Below are positions 23,602 to 36,147 of a stretch of 64,000 nucleotides of DNA, one piece after another. The stretch comes from Octopus sinensis. Lineage: Eukaryota. The notes beneath the pieces were generated by a model that saw only the letters and a list, made by a program, of their open reading frames with translations, did not search any database and was not told where the DNA came from. The position numbers and the translations under genes are program-made. Position 1 is the first letter of the stretch, and each line of letters opens with the position of its first letter. The stretch lies in NCBI RefSeq assembly GCF_006345805.1, contig NC_043024.1, forward strand, positions 19,778,001 through 19,842,000, written 5' to 3'.

Positions 23602-24555
23602 TGACCCCTTCGTATTCAGATTACTCTGTCAAATCTAATGCTTAGTTATGCTCTTCCATCATCGTTTAATGTCCGTTTTCTGTGCTGGCATGGGTTGGAC
23701 GGTTCGACCGGGATCTGGGAAGCCAGGAGGCTGCACCAGGCTCCAGTCGGATGCCCTTCCTAACGCCAACCACTCCACGAGTGTAGTGGGTGATTTTTAC
23801 GTGCCACTGGCACAGGTGCCAGGAGAGGCTGGCAGCGGCCACAATCGGTTGCTGCTTTTTACATGCCGCCGGCACAGAAGCAAGTCAGGGCAGCACTGGC
23901 ATCGGCCACGTTCAGATGGTGCTTTTTACATGCCACCGGCACAGGTATCCCCTCTCTCTCTTTCGGAGAGGCACTGAGCAGCTACACGCACATATACACA
24001 CGCAGCAGTAACTCCCGCCTACCGAATTCAATCACAAAGCTCCGGTCGGCTCGGGGCTATAGTGGAAGACACCTATCCAAAGTGCCACGAAGTGGGACTG
24101 AACCCGAAACCATGCAGTTAGGAAGCAAGCTCCCTAACCACACAGCCATGCCTGATTTCCATTTTATATTTATTTTGATGAAAAACGGAAATTGTAGTTG
24201 TGATACCTCTTCGTTTGGTGTCTTGCAAACAACTTGCACATGCAAGTGCTACCAGTCCAAAGATCCGTATACCAGAAGCCAGCAAGTGTATGGGGTCATC
24301 AGGAGAGAATGCGCGCCGTTTCGGGGCCTACCTCTCGACGACATCAATGCACACCGGCCCCCCTCACTGATATGAGGCCCTGCTTGCTAGATTAATCATG
24401 GATTATCTTGTAGCTTTGAGACTTCAATGATGTGATTGCTTATTTGTAGAATGACATTGTAGGGTAGGTGTGAGAGGTCGAATCTGATCAGTATGACCAC
24501 AAAACAGCTAGAGTATTTGGACTGGATATGGCCAGTTTAAATTCTAAAGGGTTAA
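23602..24555. mobile_element. TTAA-type (piggyBac-like) MITE split by nested family C, SINE A and other inserts; an internally deleted copy follows at 24585-24736
   Basis: The left half CCCTT..ATTCAGATTACTCTGTCAAAT and right half ..GGCCAGTTTAAATTCTAAAGGGTTAA match the compact copy bounded by TTAA. Confidence 0.6.
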
Positions 24556-24794
24556 AATATTCTGAGGGACAAACAGTTGGGTGTTTAACCCTTCAATGTT
24601 CAGATTATTTGTTAAATCTATAATGCGTATTTATTCTCATTGTTCTGAATCAATCATGCGTTATCTTGTAGCTTCTTTTACATAAAACATAGAATATTTG
24701 AATCAGACATGACTGGTTTAAATGCTAAATGGTTAAATTGTATAATACAGGAATTAAACACCTAAGTACTTTCATCTAAACAATATTTATTTTC

Positions 24795-25047
24795 AACTCT
24801 TTACTCTTTACTCTTTTACTTGTTTCGGTCATTTGACTGCGGCCATGCTGGAGCACCGCCTTTAGTCGAGCAAATCGACCTCCAGGTCTTATTCTTTGTA
24901 AGCCTAGTACTTATTCTATCGGTCTCTTTTGCCGAACCGCTAAGTTACGGGGACGTAAACACACCAGCATCGGTTGTCAAGCGATTTTGGGGGGGACAAA
25001 CACAGACACACAAACACACTCACATATATATATATATATATATAATA

Positions 25048-25091
<44 letters not shown>

Positions 25092-25597
25092 TATATATAT
25101 GTATATTCAAAAATATAAGGAATGGCCATAATAGGACATTCGACTCACTAGAAAGAGCAGCCAAACTCAAACCGCTAATAGTTGTAATTCTGAAATTGAA
25201 AGAGAAATAAAACCGTTTACCCCTTTCATCTCTGGACTATGCATAGTTTCGGCAAACTTTGGTAAACAAATTAATTAAATTAAATTCAATTTATTTACAA
25301 CTGGCGTGCCTCGTCAGCAGAGAAGCCAAGGACGAGTATATATCCACGAGGCGATGGTAAGGAAGCCTCCAGTCTATATGCTATAAATTTTCAAAATCAA
25401 CCGCAATCACATGGTCTTCCCAGCAGCAAATATAAACTGCTGATTTAATTTCAAAATTAGTCAAAAAATCATTAATTAATAAATATAAGGGTAGCAAAAA
25501 TTCAAGAAAAAATTCTCTGCTCTTCTCTCTCGCTGGACCGCTGGTAACGGAGAATTTTTTCTTGAATTTTTTGCTACCCTTATATTTATTAATATAT

Positions 25598-25639
<42 letters not shown>

Positions 25640-25807
25640 CACGACAGGCTTCTTTCAGTTTCCGTCTACCAAATCCACTCACAGGGCTTTGGTCGGCCCG
25701 AGGCTATATTAGAAGACACTTGCCCAAGGTGCCACGCAGTGGGACTGAACCAGGAACCATGTGGTTGGTAAGCAAGCTACTTACCACACAGCCACTCCTG
25801 CACCTAG
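24795..25807 (-). mobile_element. SINE family A interrupted in its (TA)n tract by a ~490-bp insert (25107-25593)
   Basis: 3' half at 24795-25106; 5' half at 25594-25807. Confidence 0.8.
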
Positions 25808-26208
25808 TTAATGCTTTTTTTGTTCATGTTCTTTCTTTGGTTCTTTTATGACAACATTCTCCAAAATTAATATTCATATTATTCACATTATCTCAACAGA
25901 ACGTAGCAGGCATACATTTTTATCTTATTTTATGTATTTTCATTAATTTTGTTAATTAATTCATAAATCTGGAAGCCAAATTATTGCAAAACTTAATGAA
26001 TCCTATTTGAACTCTCATTGGAAGGAGAATGCGCTAACGATGATATTTGAATAATAAACAAGCAGAGCCACGTAGTTAATATTTGCTTTGTAACCCCATA
26101 ATTTCAAGTTCAATCCCACCGCTTGGCACTTTGGCCAAGTGTGTCCTATTGTAGCCTCCAGCTGACCAAAAGCCTTCTGAGTGGATTTGGTAGACTGGAA
26201 TTGATATG

Positions 26209-26514
26209 TTTTGTTTGTTTCTTCTCGAGCCATGCCTGGCTCAAAAGGGCCGGTTTCCCAGTTTCCTTGGCATATATGCTCCCCCACCTGGATGGGACGC
26301 TGGTCCATCGCAGGTGAGCTGCAAGATGCAGGAGGAAAGAGTGAGAGAAAGTTGTGGCGAAAGAGTCAGCAGAAGTTTCGCCATCACCTTCTGCCGGAGC
26401 CGCGTGGAGCTTAGGTGTTTCGCTCATAAACACACACATTAGCCGGTCTGAGATTCGAACCCGCGATCCCTCGACTGCGAGTCCACTGCTCTAACCACTT
26501 GGCCATGTGCCTCC
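26209..26514 (-). mobile_element. tRNA-Arg-like SINE with a 15-bp TSD
   Basis: Head GGAGGCACATGGCCAAGTGGTTAGAGCAGTGGACTCGC (TCG anticodon-like); TSD ACTGGAATTGATATG at 26194-26208 and 26515-26529. Confidence 0.8.
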
Positions 26515-27398
26515 ACTGGAATTGATATGGAAAACCATTGTGTATCAATGTACATCTATCTATCTATCTATCCATCCATCATCATTGTTTAACATCTGGT
26601 CTCCATGCTGGACAGTTTGACATGGAGCTGGTTAGCAGGGGGCTGTCCAGACCCCAACTGTGTGTTGTAGAATAGTTTCTACAGCTGGATGCCCTTCCAA
26701 ATGCCATCCACTTAAACTGTAGTGGTTGGTTTTTACATGTCACCCTCATGGGCGTGTTTGCGCAGCACCAGCATATCAATCTATCTGTCTGTCTATCTAT
26801 CAATCTTTCCTTCTATCTATCTACATCTACATTTCTCTCTCTGTTTCTCTCTCTCTTTCTCTCTCTCTCCCCTCTCTCTCTCTCTCTCTCTCTATGTATA
26901 TATATATATATATATATATAGTGTGCTTGTCTGTGTGTGTGTGTGGTGAAGGTTTGTGGATTAATGGTAAGGGTACTTGGCTCTTGATTCTAAAGTCATG
27001 AATTCAATCTCTGGTGGTGTGTTGTACCCTTGAGCAAGACACTCTGTTTCATATTGCTCCAAGGACAGAACCAAAAGTAATGCCCCCTTTAAAGTGTCAC
27101 CCAGGGCAGACTGTCCCCTATTTATGCTAGGGAGTAGAAGACACTTGGCCAACATGTCACACAGTGGGACTGAACCTGGAATCAATGGTTGGGAAGCAAG
27201 CTTCTTACCACACAGCCACATATATAACTTACACACACACACACATGGCAGGCTTCTTTCAGTTTCCACTGATCAAATCCACTCACAAGGCTTTGGTAAG
27301 CCTGTGGCTATAGTAAAAACATTTGCCCAATGTGCCAACAGTGGGTTTGAACTCAGAACCATGTGACAGGGAATCAGACTTCTTATCACACACACACA

Positions 27399-29710
27399 TC
27401 TTTATATATAAAAGTGAAGTTGTGTGTCTGTCTCCTACGATTTAGATTCCTAACTACTCCCACATTTTGCGGTGCAGTTTAACCAAATTCGGGTATCTTA
27501 TAGTCGTGATTCATATCGAGCCCGTCTGAGTATTAGCGCGCGTCTACGATGAGTCTAGGATTTTAAAAATAATTTAACATCATTTTTTATTCCATTTTGA
27601 TGCATATTTTTTCGTGTGTCGATGGCAGCGGAGTTGGCATCCATGGTCACACCTGCACCTGTTTGCTTCTCCCCCTTCTTCCCTCCCTCGTGAAGCTGTG
27701 GGGAAGGGAGTTTAAGGAAATCAACGTCGTAATGCGTTGTCAAGGAGACCAGCGTTCTTTTAGAACAACGATTTCATGGCTTGAAGACACCAAAACAGAA
27801 ATGGCTAAGAAAGCCCGAATTGGCATCTATAAGGGAAGTAACTCTATAAAATGCTTATATAGGTATTTTCCCTTACAAACCCGAGCAACGCCAGGCAATA
27901 CTGCTAGTTATATATAAAAGTGAAGTGTGTGTGTCTGTCTCCTACGATTTAGATTCCTAACTACTCCCACATTTTGCGGTGCAGTTTTAACAAAAACTGG
28001 GTATCTTATAGTCGTGATTCATATCGAGCCTTCTGGGTATTAGCGCGTGTCTACGATGTGTCTACGATTTTTTAAATAATTTACCATCATTTTTTTCCAT
28101 TTTAATGCATTTTTTGCTATTATATAAGGGAAGTAACTCTCTAAAAATTTCTACAATCAGTCAACGATTTAAAAAAAATTTACCATCATTTTTTTCCATT
28201 TTAATGCATTTTTTCGCTATTATATAAGGGAAGTAACTCTCTAAAAATGTCTACGATCAGTCAACGATTTAAAAAAAATTTACCATCATTTTTTTCCATT
28301 TGAATGCACTTTTTCACTATTATATAAGGGAAGTAACTCTCTAAAAATGTCTACGATCAGTCAACGATTTTAAAAAAAATTTACCATCATTTTTTTTCCA
28401 TTTTTAATACATTTTTTTGCTATTTTTTTGCTATAACTCTCTAAAAATGCTTATATAGTTATTTCCCTTACAAACCCGAGCAACGCCGGGCGATACTGCT
28501 AATCTTTATATATAAAAGTGAGGTTGTGTGTCTGTCTTTCTCCTACGATTTAGATTCCTAACTACTCCCACATTTTGCGGTGCAGTTTAACCAAAAGCGG
28601 GTATCTTATAGTCGTGATTCATATCGAGCCCTTCTGGGTATTAGCGCGCGTCTACGATGAGTCTACGATTTTAAAAATAATTTACCATCATTTTTTCCAT
28701 TTTAATGCATTTTTTTCGCTATTATATTAGGGAAGTAACTCTCTAAAAATGTCTACGATGAGTCAACGATTTTAAAAAAAATTTACCATAATTTTTTTTC
28801 CATTTTTAATGCATTTTTTTGCTATTTTTTTTGCTATAACTCTCTAAAAATGCTTATATAGTTATTTCCCTTACAAACTCGAGCAATGCCGGGTGATACT
28901 GCTAGTCTATATATATAAAACTGTAGTTGTGTGAGTGTCTGTCCCCTTCGATTTAGATTCCTACTACTCCCCATTTTGCGGTGCAGTTTAACCAAATTCG
29001 AGTATCTTATAGTCGTGATTCATATCGAGCCCGTCTGAGTATTAGCGCGCGTCTACGATGAGTTTACGATTTAAAAAATAATTTAACATCATTTTTTATT
29101 CCATTTTAATGCATAATTTTTCGTGTGTCAATGGCGGCGGAATTGGCGTCCATGGTCACACCTGCACCTGTTTGCTTCTCCCCCTTCTTCCCTCCCTCGT
29201 GAAGCTGTGGGGAAGGGAGTGTAAGGAAATCAACGTATTAATGCGTTGTCAAGGAGACCAGCGTTCTTTTAGAACAACGACTTCATGGCTTGAAGACACC
29301 AAAACAGAAATGGCTAAGAAAGCCCGAATTGGCATCTATAAGGGAAGTAACTCTCTAAAAATGCTTATATAGTTATTTCCCTTACAAACCCGAGCAACGC
29401 CAGGCAATACTGCTAGTTATATATAAAAGAGAAGTTGTGTGTCTGTCTCCTACGATTTAGATTCCTAACTACCCCCATATTTTGAGGTGTAGTTTAACCA
29501 AAACCAGGTATCTTAGTCGTGATTCACATCGAGCCCTTCTGGGTATTAGCGCGCGTCTACGATGAGTGTACGATTTTAAAAAAATTTACCATAATTTTTT
29601 CCCATTTTTAATGCATTTTTTTTGCTATTATATAAGGAAAGTAACTCTCTAAAAATGCTTATATAGTTATTTCCCTTACAAACCCGAGCAACGCCGGGCG
29701 ATACTGCTAG
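27399..29710 (+). mobile_element. Five head-to-tail non-autonomous Helitrons (27399-27907, 27908-28502, 28503-28905, 28906-29416, 29417-29710)
   Basis: 5' TC-(T/A)TATATATAAAA starts; 3' CCCGAGCAACGCCGGG hairpin followed by CTAG (CTAA in copy 2). Confidence 0.85.
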
Positions 29711-30029
29711 TTATATATAAACCTCATAAACTCATCAAGCTTAACGAACTAAATAAATTTTTGACCAATGCAGACAGACTATTATTTCTTCAGAATTGTT
29801 TTTTTTACAAGCTGTTTTTAATGTTTGTTTGTTTTCAGTTGTTTTTCTGTAGAGAGAAACACTTAATATCAGTTTCGTTTAGTCTGTAAGACAGAATTAT
29901 TTATTTTTTCTCCCTTTTTTTTTCTTTTTTTTTTTTTTTTGTTGTGTATTGTTGTTAGAACAGAGAAACAGAGAAACAAAAAATGTTGTTTTGAATATGA
30001 ATGAAGCGGCAGATTTTAATTTCTTGCAT

Positions 30030-30428
30030 GTGACTGGCTGTGTGGTAAGTAGCTTGCTAACAACCACATGGTTCCGGGTTCAGTCCACTGCGTGGCACCT
30101 TGGCAAGTGTCTTCTACTATAGCCTCGGGCCGACCAATGCCTTGTGGTGGATTTGGTAGACGGAAACTGAAAGAAGCCCGTCGTATATATGTATATATAT
30201 ATGCGTGTGTGTGTTTGTGTATCTGTGTTTGTCCCCCTAGCATTGCTTGACAACCGATGCTGGTGTGTTTATGTCTCCGTTACTTAGCGGTTCGGCAAAA
30301 GAGACCGATAGAATAAGTCCTGGGCTTACAGAAGAATAAGTCCCAGGGTCGAGTTGCTCGATTAAAGGCGGTGCTCCAGCATGGCCGCAGTCAAAATGAC
30401 TGAAACAAGTAAAAGAGTAAAAAGAGAG
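30030..30428 (+). mobile_element. SINE family A flanked by a ~205-bp direct duplication
   Basis: Flanks 29830-30035 and 30429-30638 are homologous. Confidence 0.8.
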
Positions 30429-30879
30429 TGTTTTCAGAAACAACTGCAAATAATCAGTTCGTTAGTCTGTAAGACAGAATTAATTATTATTTTTTCCCCT
30501 CTCTCTTTTTTTTTTTTTTTTTTTTTTTTTTTGCTCCAAATATGTTATTTAGTTAAAAGAGAAACAGAACAATTAGAAGTTGCAAAAAATTGTTTTGAAA
30601 TTATGAATGCTGCAGATTTTAATTTCTTTGCGTGTACTCAAAAGAGGAAGAAGCTAAAAGTGTCTCGGACATTTCCTTTTGATACAAATCCACCTGGGAA
30701 TATCCATGTTTATGTTTCAAAATTAAAAGTCTTTGATCAAAATCTCATTAGCACTTGAATGATGTCTTGCGATTTCTTTCGATTAATATTAGCATGATGT
30801 ATCAATGTATTTAACAAGGGAAGACTCTATGTGGTCAGTTGGCTTGCTAGAAAAACAAGCAAATCTCCCTCGAATCAAA

Positions 30880-31160
30880 CATCATAGCATAATCATTATC
30901 ACTTTTTGTGCCTTGGGTATGTGCTGCATTCAAGTGCTTTACATAGGGTGTGTGCGGCGCCTTGAAGAACTATTTTCTCTATGTTATATACATTCGTAAG
31001 TCCTGGTGTTTTGATGATGTCTTTGTCTGAATGTTTTTTAATCATACCTAATGCATCTGTTATTATAGGAATTGTTTCTGCTTTTAGGCTCCACATTCGG
31101 GGTTATCTCTATTTCCAGATCTTTTGTATTTTGAGGGTTTCGCCATTGCTTTTAACGATG
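30880..31160 (-). mobile_element. Degenerate RLE-type (Dong/R4-like) LINE C-terminal fragment
   Basis: The - strand reads KYKDLEIEI..MWSLKAETIPIITDALGMIKK, homologous to 7360-7560. Confidence 0.7.
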
Positions 31161-31204
31161 TGTTATTGTTGTTGTTGTTGTGGTGGTGGTGGTTTGTTTG
31201 TTTG

Positions 31205-31557
31205 TTGAGCAAAACGGTCTTCATCCTAGAAGTCCGAAACGTGGTCCTTTGCTATTTGTAAGACCCGCAGAAGAGAAAGCAGGTCAACCTCCAACACCGA
31301 GAGCATCGACGGATGGATGAATGTGTATCCAAGCTCAGCGGTTGTCTAGGAAGTCGGGGACAAGAAACAGGAAGAAAGAGTGAGAGAAAGTTGGGGGCAA
31401 AAGAGTACAACATGGGTCGCTACTACCCCCTGCCAGAGCCTCGTAGAGCTTTAGGCGTTTTCGCTCAATAAACACACACAACGCCCGGTCTGGGAATCGA
31501 AACCGCGATCCTCCAACCGCGAGTCTGCTGCCCTAACCATTGGGCCAGTGCGCCTCC
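31205..31557 (-). mobile_element. tRNA-Arg-like SINE
   Basis: Homologous to 57640-58010; its head region is also shared with 26209-26514. Confidence 0.8.
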
Positions 31558-31559
31558 TG

Positions 31560-31562
31560 TTG

Positions 31563-31594
<32 letters not shown>

Positions 31595-32357
31595 GGTAAG
31601 GGTGATGTTGATGGTAGAAAGGAACATTAAAAGAAGAAAGTAATTCTACAAGAAGTGGCAACAGCAGTAGCAATGACAACAGCATTGCCAGTGGTAGCAG
31701 CAGCAGTGGTGGTGGTGGTGGTGGTGTAGGTGATGGTGGTGATGGTGGTGGTGGTGGTGGTGGTGATGATGGTGGTAGTTGTAGTAGTTGTGGTGGTGGT
31801 GGTAGTGGTAGTGGCTGTGGTGGTGGTGGTGGTGGTGGTGGTAGTGGTGGTTGTGATGGTGGTGGTGATGGTGGTGGTAGTAGTGGTTGTGTTGGTGGTG
31901 GGGGGGGTGTGATGGTGGTGGTGGTGGTAGTAGTGGTTGTGTTGGTGGTGGTGGTGGGGGATGGTGATGGTGGTGGGGGTGGTAGTTAGTTGGTTGTGTG
32001 GTTGTGGTGTGGTGTATTGTTGTTGGTGGTGGTGGTGGTGGTGGTGATGGTGATGCTGGTGGTGGTGGTGGTGATAGTGGTGGTGGTGGTGATAGTGGTG
32101 GTGTGGTGTGGTGGCGGCGGTGGTGGTGGTGATGGTGGTTGTGTTGGTGGTGGCGGCGGCAGTGGTGGTGGTGGTGGTGGTGTGGTGGTGGTGGTGTTGG
32201 GGATGGTGATGTGATGCTTGGTGGTGGTGGTGGTGATAGTGGTGTGGTAGTGATAGTGGTGGTGGTGGTGGTGGCGGCGGTGGTGGTGGTGATGGTGGTG
32301 GTTGTGTTGGTGGTGGCGGCGGCAGTGGTGGTGGTGGTGGTGGTGGTGGTGGTGGAG
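31560..32357. repeat. (GGT)n microsatellite
   Basis: Direct inspection. Confidence 0.95.
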
Positions 32358-32489
32358 GATCAAATAAAAACGAGGGGAAATGTCAGAATTCTTTGAATAT
32401 ATGTAGTTTCTTTAAATAACTTTATTTCTCCCAGTTGTTTGTTTTGTTTTTTTTATTATTTTATTATTATTTTTTTGCATCAATTTCTG

Positions 32490-32657
32490 TAGTCACACCA
32501 TCACCACCACCACCACCACCACCACTGCCACCACCACAATCATCATCACCATCGTCCTCATCTCCACTGTCATCACTACCGGCTTCAGCATCGTTGTCAT
32601 TGTCGACATCATCATCAACACCATCACCACTAGCACCATCACAAACATCACCACCAC

Positions 32658-32695
<38 letters not shown>

Positions 32696-33120
32696 CCACC
32701 ACCACCACCACCACCATCACCACCACCTTCATCAGTGTTATTATCACCCTCAGCCCTGTCGTCACTATCATTAGTACCGACACCACCACCACCATCGTCA
32801 TCACCATCGTCATCACCATCGTCATCACCATCGTCATCACCACCATCACCACTGCACCTGCCACCACCATCACCAATGTCATCATCATCATCATCACCAC
32901 CACCACCTCCACCACCCCCACCACCACCACCACCACCAATACCACTACCACCACCACCACCACCACAACCACCACTACAACCACAACCACCACTACCACC
33001 ACCACTACCATCACCACCACCACCACCACCACCACCACCACCACCACCATCATCATCCACCACCACCACCACCACCGCTATCACCATCATGATTACCACC
33101 ACCATCAGCATCGGCACCAG
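32490..33120. repeat. (ACC)n/(ATC)n microsatellite (complementary strand to 31560-32357)
   Basis: Direct inspection. Confidence 0.95.
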
Positions 33121-33833
33121 CGTGACATAGGTTTCTGAAAACGTCTGCTGCTCTGATCTAACTAAAAGATCAATCAATACCGAAAAGCTAAAAAAAAAAA
33201 TTAATAAAAATAAAAATAAAAAAAAGGATAAATGATAAATAAGAAAAAAATAAAAATAACAAAATGAAAATAAAAAAAAAACATCAAAAAAATCTGTTGT
33301 ATCTAAAGGAGAGAAGAAGAATTTTGATTTCTTTTTTTTTTGGTTTCTGTATGTAGTAAAAAATAAATTTGGAAAAAATTTTGGAAAAAAAGCAATAAAA
33401 GAAAAAAATTTCCCCCCATGACCACCACCCCACAAAAAAACCACCATAGAAGTGAGCATATTATTGATTGCGTATTAATAATTTTATTTTTTCAAAAAAA
33501 TTTTTCACAGACTCTTTGGGTAATCATAACCATAGACTGCCCCACCTTCCACCCGGGTACATCACTCGGTCTTTGTGTGGTACACAGTTAGTAGAACATA
33601 GTTATCTGAAAGTAGTTGTTGAGAAAATTATTATCTTTTTTTTTATTTATTTTCCTGTCGAAAAATGTTGCGCAGGAGTGACTGTGTGGTAAGTAGCTTG
33701 CTAACCGAACACATGGTTCTGGGTTCAGTCCGACTGCGTGGCATCTTGGGCAAGTGTCTTCTGCTATAGTCTCAGGCCGACCAATGCCTTGTGAGTGGAT
33801 TTGGTAGACGGAAACTGAAAGAAGCCCATCGTA

Positions 33834-33884
<51 letters not shown>

Positions 33885-33934
33885 GTATATATAATATATA
33901 TGTATATTATATATACATGTATATATATTATATA

Positions 33935-33973
<39 letters not shown>

Positions 33974-34002
33974 CATATATATATATGTGTGTATATATAT
34001 TA

Positions 34003-34039
<37 letters not shown>

Positions 34040-34177
34040 TAAGAAAATAGTAAAGTGTGAAAAAACGACAGAAGGCTTAAATGTTAAAAAATATATATAT
34101 TTGTGTCAAAATGTCTGGAGAATATTGGAAAAATTTTTTTTTCCCTTCCTTAAAATGACATAATTTTAAAATTTTTT

Positions 34178-34217
34178 AAGAAATTACCGGTTTCGCGTGT
34201 AGCTTTTCAAATTTCTT
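34178..34217 (-). ncRNA. Minimal type I hammerhead ribozyme, U3-A8 variant with a GUA triplet
   Basis: AAGAAAU-UUGAAAA-GC-UACAC-GC-GAAA-CCGGU-A-AUUUCUU: perfect 7-bp stem I, G10.1-C11.1 pair and palindromic stem III ACCGGU. Confidence 0.7.
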
Positions 34218-34819
34218 GTGACGTTATGTTTATATTGCATGGAATTATCGTTGTTTTTTTTCCAGGAGATTTCTAAATAAGGGGAGGTAGTGAGTGATTT
34301 TTTCCGGTGTAGGGGAGATATCGCTGATAAATTTCTGTCCTCTTTAAGATCAAATCTAACTTTACTTGTGCCTCTGAAAACATAATTTTATGTTATTAAA
34401 TGCTCACGCTGCCACCAAGACTACGTGGGTTCCACGGGACTATCACTCAGGCGCAGATGCACACTGCATCGACAACAGATTGCATTCCAGAATATAGAAT
34501 GATACCTTTTAGTGAGCACATTGAGAAATGCGCAAGCAACTACTGCCCCAACAATTTTTAATCTTCCCATTTTACCAATGTGCTTTCGGATCATCAACAC
34601 AAATGAGACTGAACAAGGAAACATTCTTCATTGAAAAGTACAAACCCAGACTCAACCATCCGAACATACTGACACAGAGAAATTACAAGGAAAAGGGAAA
34701 AAAAATTTTTAAGCGATTATCTCCCCCCACCGGAAAAAATCACTCACTACCTCCCCTTATTTAGAAATCTCCTGGAAATAAAAACAACGATAATTCCATG
34801 CAATAAAACATAACGTCAC

Positions 34820-34860
34820 AAGAAATTTGAAAAGCTACACGCGAAACCGGTAATTCTCTT
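34820..34860 (+). ncRNA. Second copy of the U3-A8 minimal HHR (stem I partly mismatched)
   Basis: Identical core and stems II/III; the 3' strand of stem I reads AUUCUCUU. Confidence 0.6.
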
Positions 34861-35036
34861 TAAAAAATTTTAAATTATGTCATTTTAAGGAAAGGGAAAA
34901 AAAATTTTTCCAATTTCTCCAGACATTTTGACACAATATATATATTTTTTTAACATTTAAGCCTTCTGTCGTTTTTCACACTTTACTATTTTCTTATATA
35001 TTCACCCACGTGCTTTACCAAACAAACTTTCTTATC

Positions 35037-35576
35037 TATATATATATATATATATATGTATATAATATATGTTATATATATATATATGTATTATATATGT
35101 ATATATGTATATATATATATGTATATATGTATAATATATATGTATATATATATATGTATATATATATATGTATATATATATGTATATATATATGTATATA
35201 TATGTAATATATATATGTATATAATATATGTGTATATATATATGTATATATATATGTATATATATATATGTATATATTAATATATGTATATATATATGTA
35301 TATATATATATGTATATATATGTATATATTATATAGTATTATATATATGTATATATATATATGTATATATATAATATGTATATAGATATATATATGTATA
35401 TATTATATATATATATATGTATATATATATATGTATATATATATATGTATATGTATATATGTATATGTATATCTATATATGTATATGTCTATATATATAT
35501 GTATATATATATATGTATATGTATATATATGTATAGTATATATATATATATGTATATGTATATATATATATGTATA

Positions 35577-35611
<35 letters not shown>

Positions 35612-35914
35612 ATTATATGTATAGTATATATATATTATGTATATATATATATATATGTTATGTATATATATATATATGTATATATATATATGGTATATAT
35701 CTATATATGTATATATATATATATGTATATATATATAATATATGTATATATATAGATGTATATATATTATATAATGTATATATATATATTATGTATATAT
35801 ATATATATATATGTGTATAATATATATATATGTATATATATATATATATGTATATTATATATATGTATATATATATATATGGTATATATATATATTATAT
35901 ATATATAATGTATG

Positions 35915-35979
<65 letters not shown>

Positions 35980-36046
35980 GTGTATATATATATATATGTG
36001 TATATATATAATGTGTATATATATATATTGTATATTATATAATATG

Positions 36047-36116
<70 letters not shown>

Positions 36117-36147
36117 TATGAATATATATATATATATATATATATAT
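35037..36147. repeat. ~1.1 kb (TA)n-rich array
   Basis: Direct inspection. Confidence 0.95.

Larger units (their letters stand above)
34035..35036 (+). mobile_element. Penelope-like element remnant: GIY-YIG endonuclease C-terminus (~34343-34660) plus pLTR, preceded by an inverted pLTR copy
   Basis: FKIKSNFTCASENII(fs)YVIKCSRCHQDYVGSTGLSLRRR..LHRQQI...FPFY...KETFFIEKYKPRLN; inverted arms at ~34035-34334 and ~34703-35001. Confidence 0.85.

Noticed and set aside
24290-24340. The - strand GAAAC...CUGAUGA read as a permuted (type II) hammerhead
   Set aside because: The would-be stem II strands are CCCC and CCCC (cannot pair), there is no NUH triplet, and GAAAC is not kept in the second copy.
25290-25322. 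The - strand CUGACGA-GGC-AC-GCC followed by AGUUGUA read as a hammerhead
   Set aside because: The GAAAC segment is missing and there is no stem I; at most a deleted remnant.
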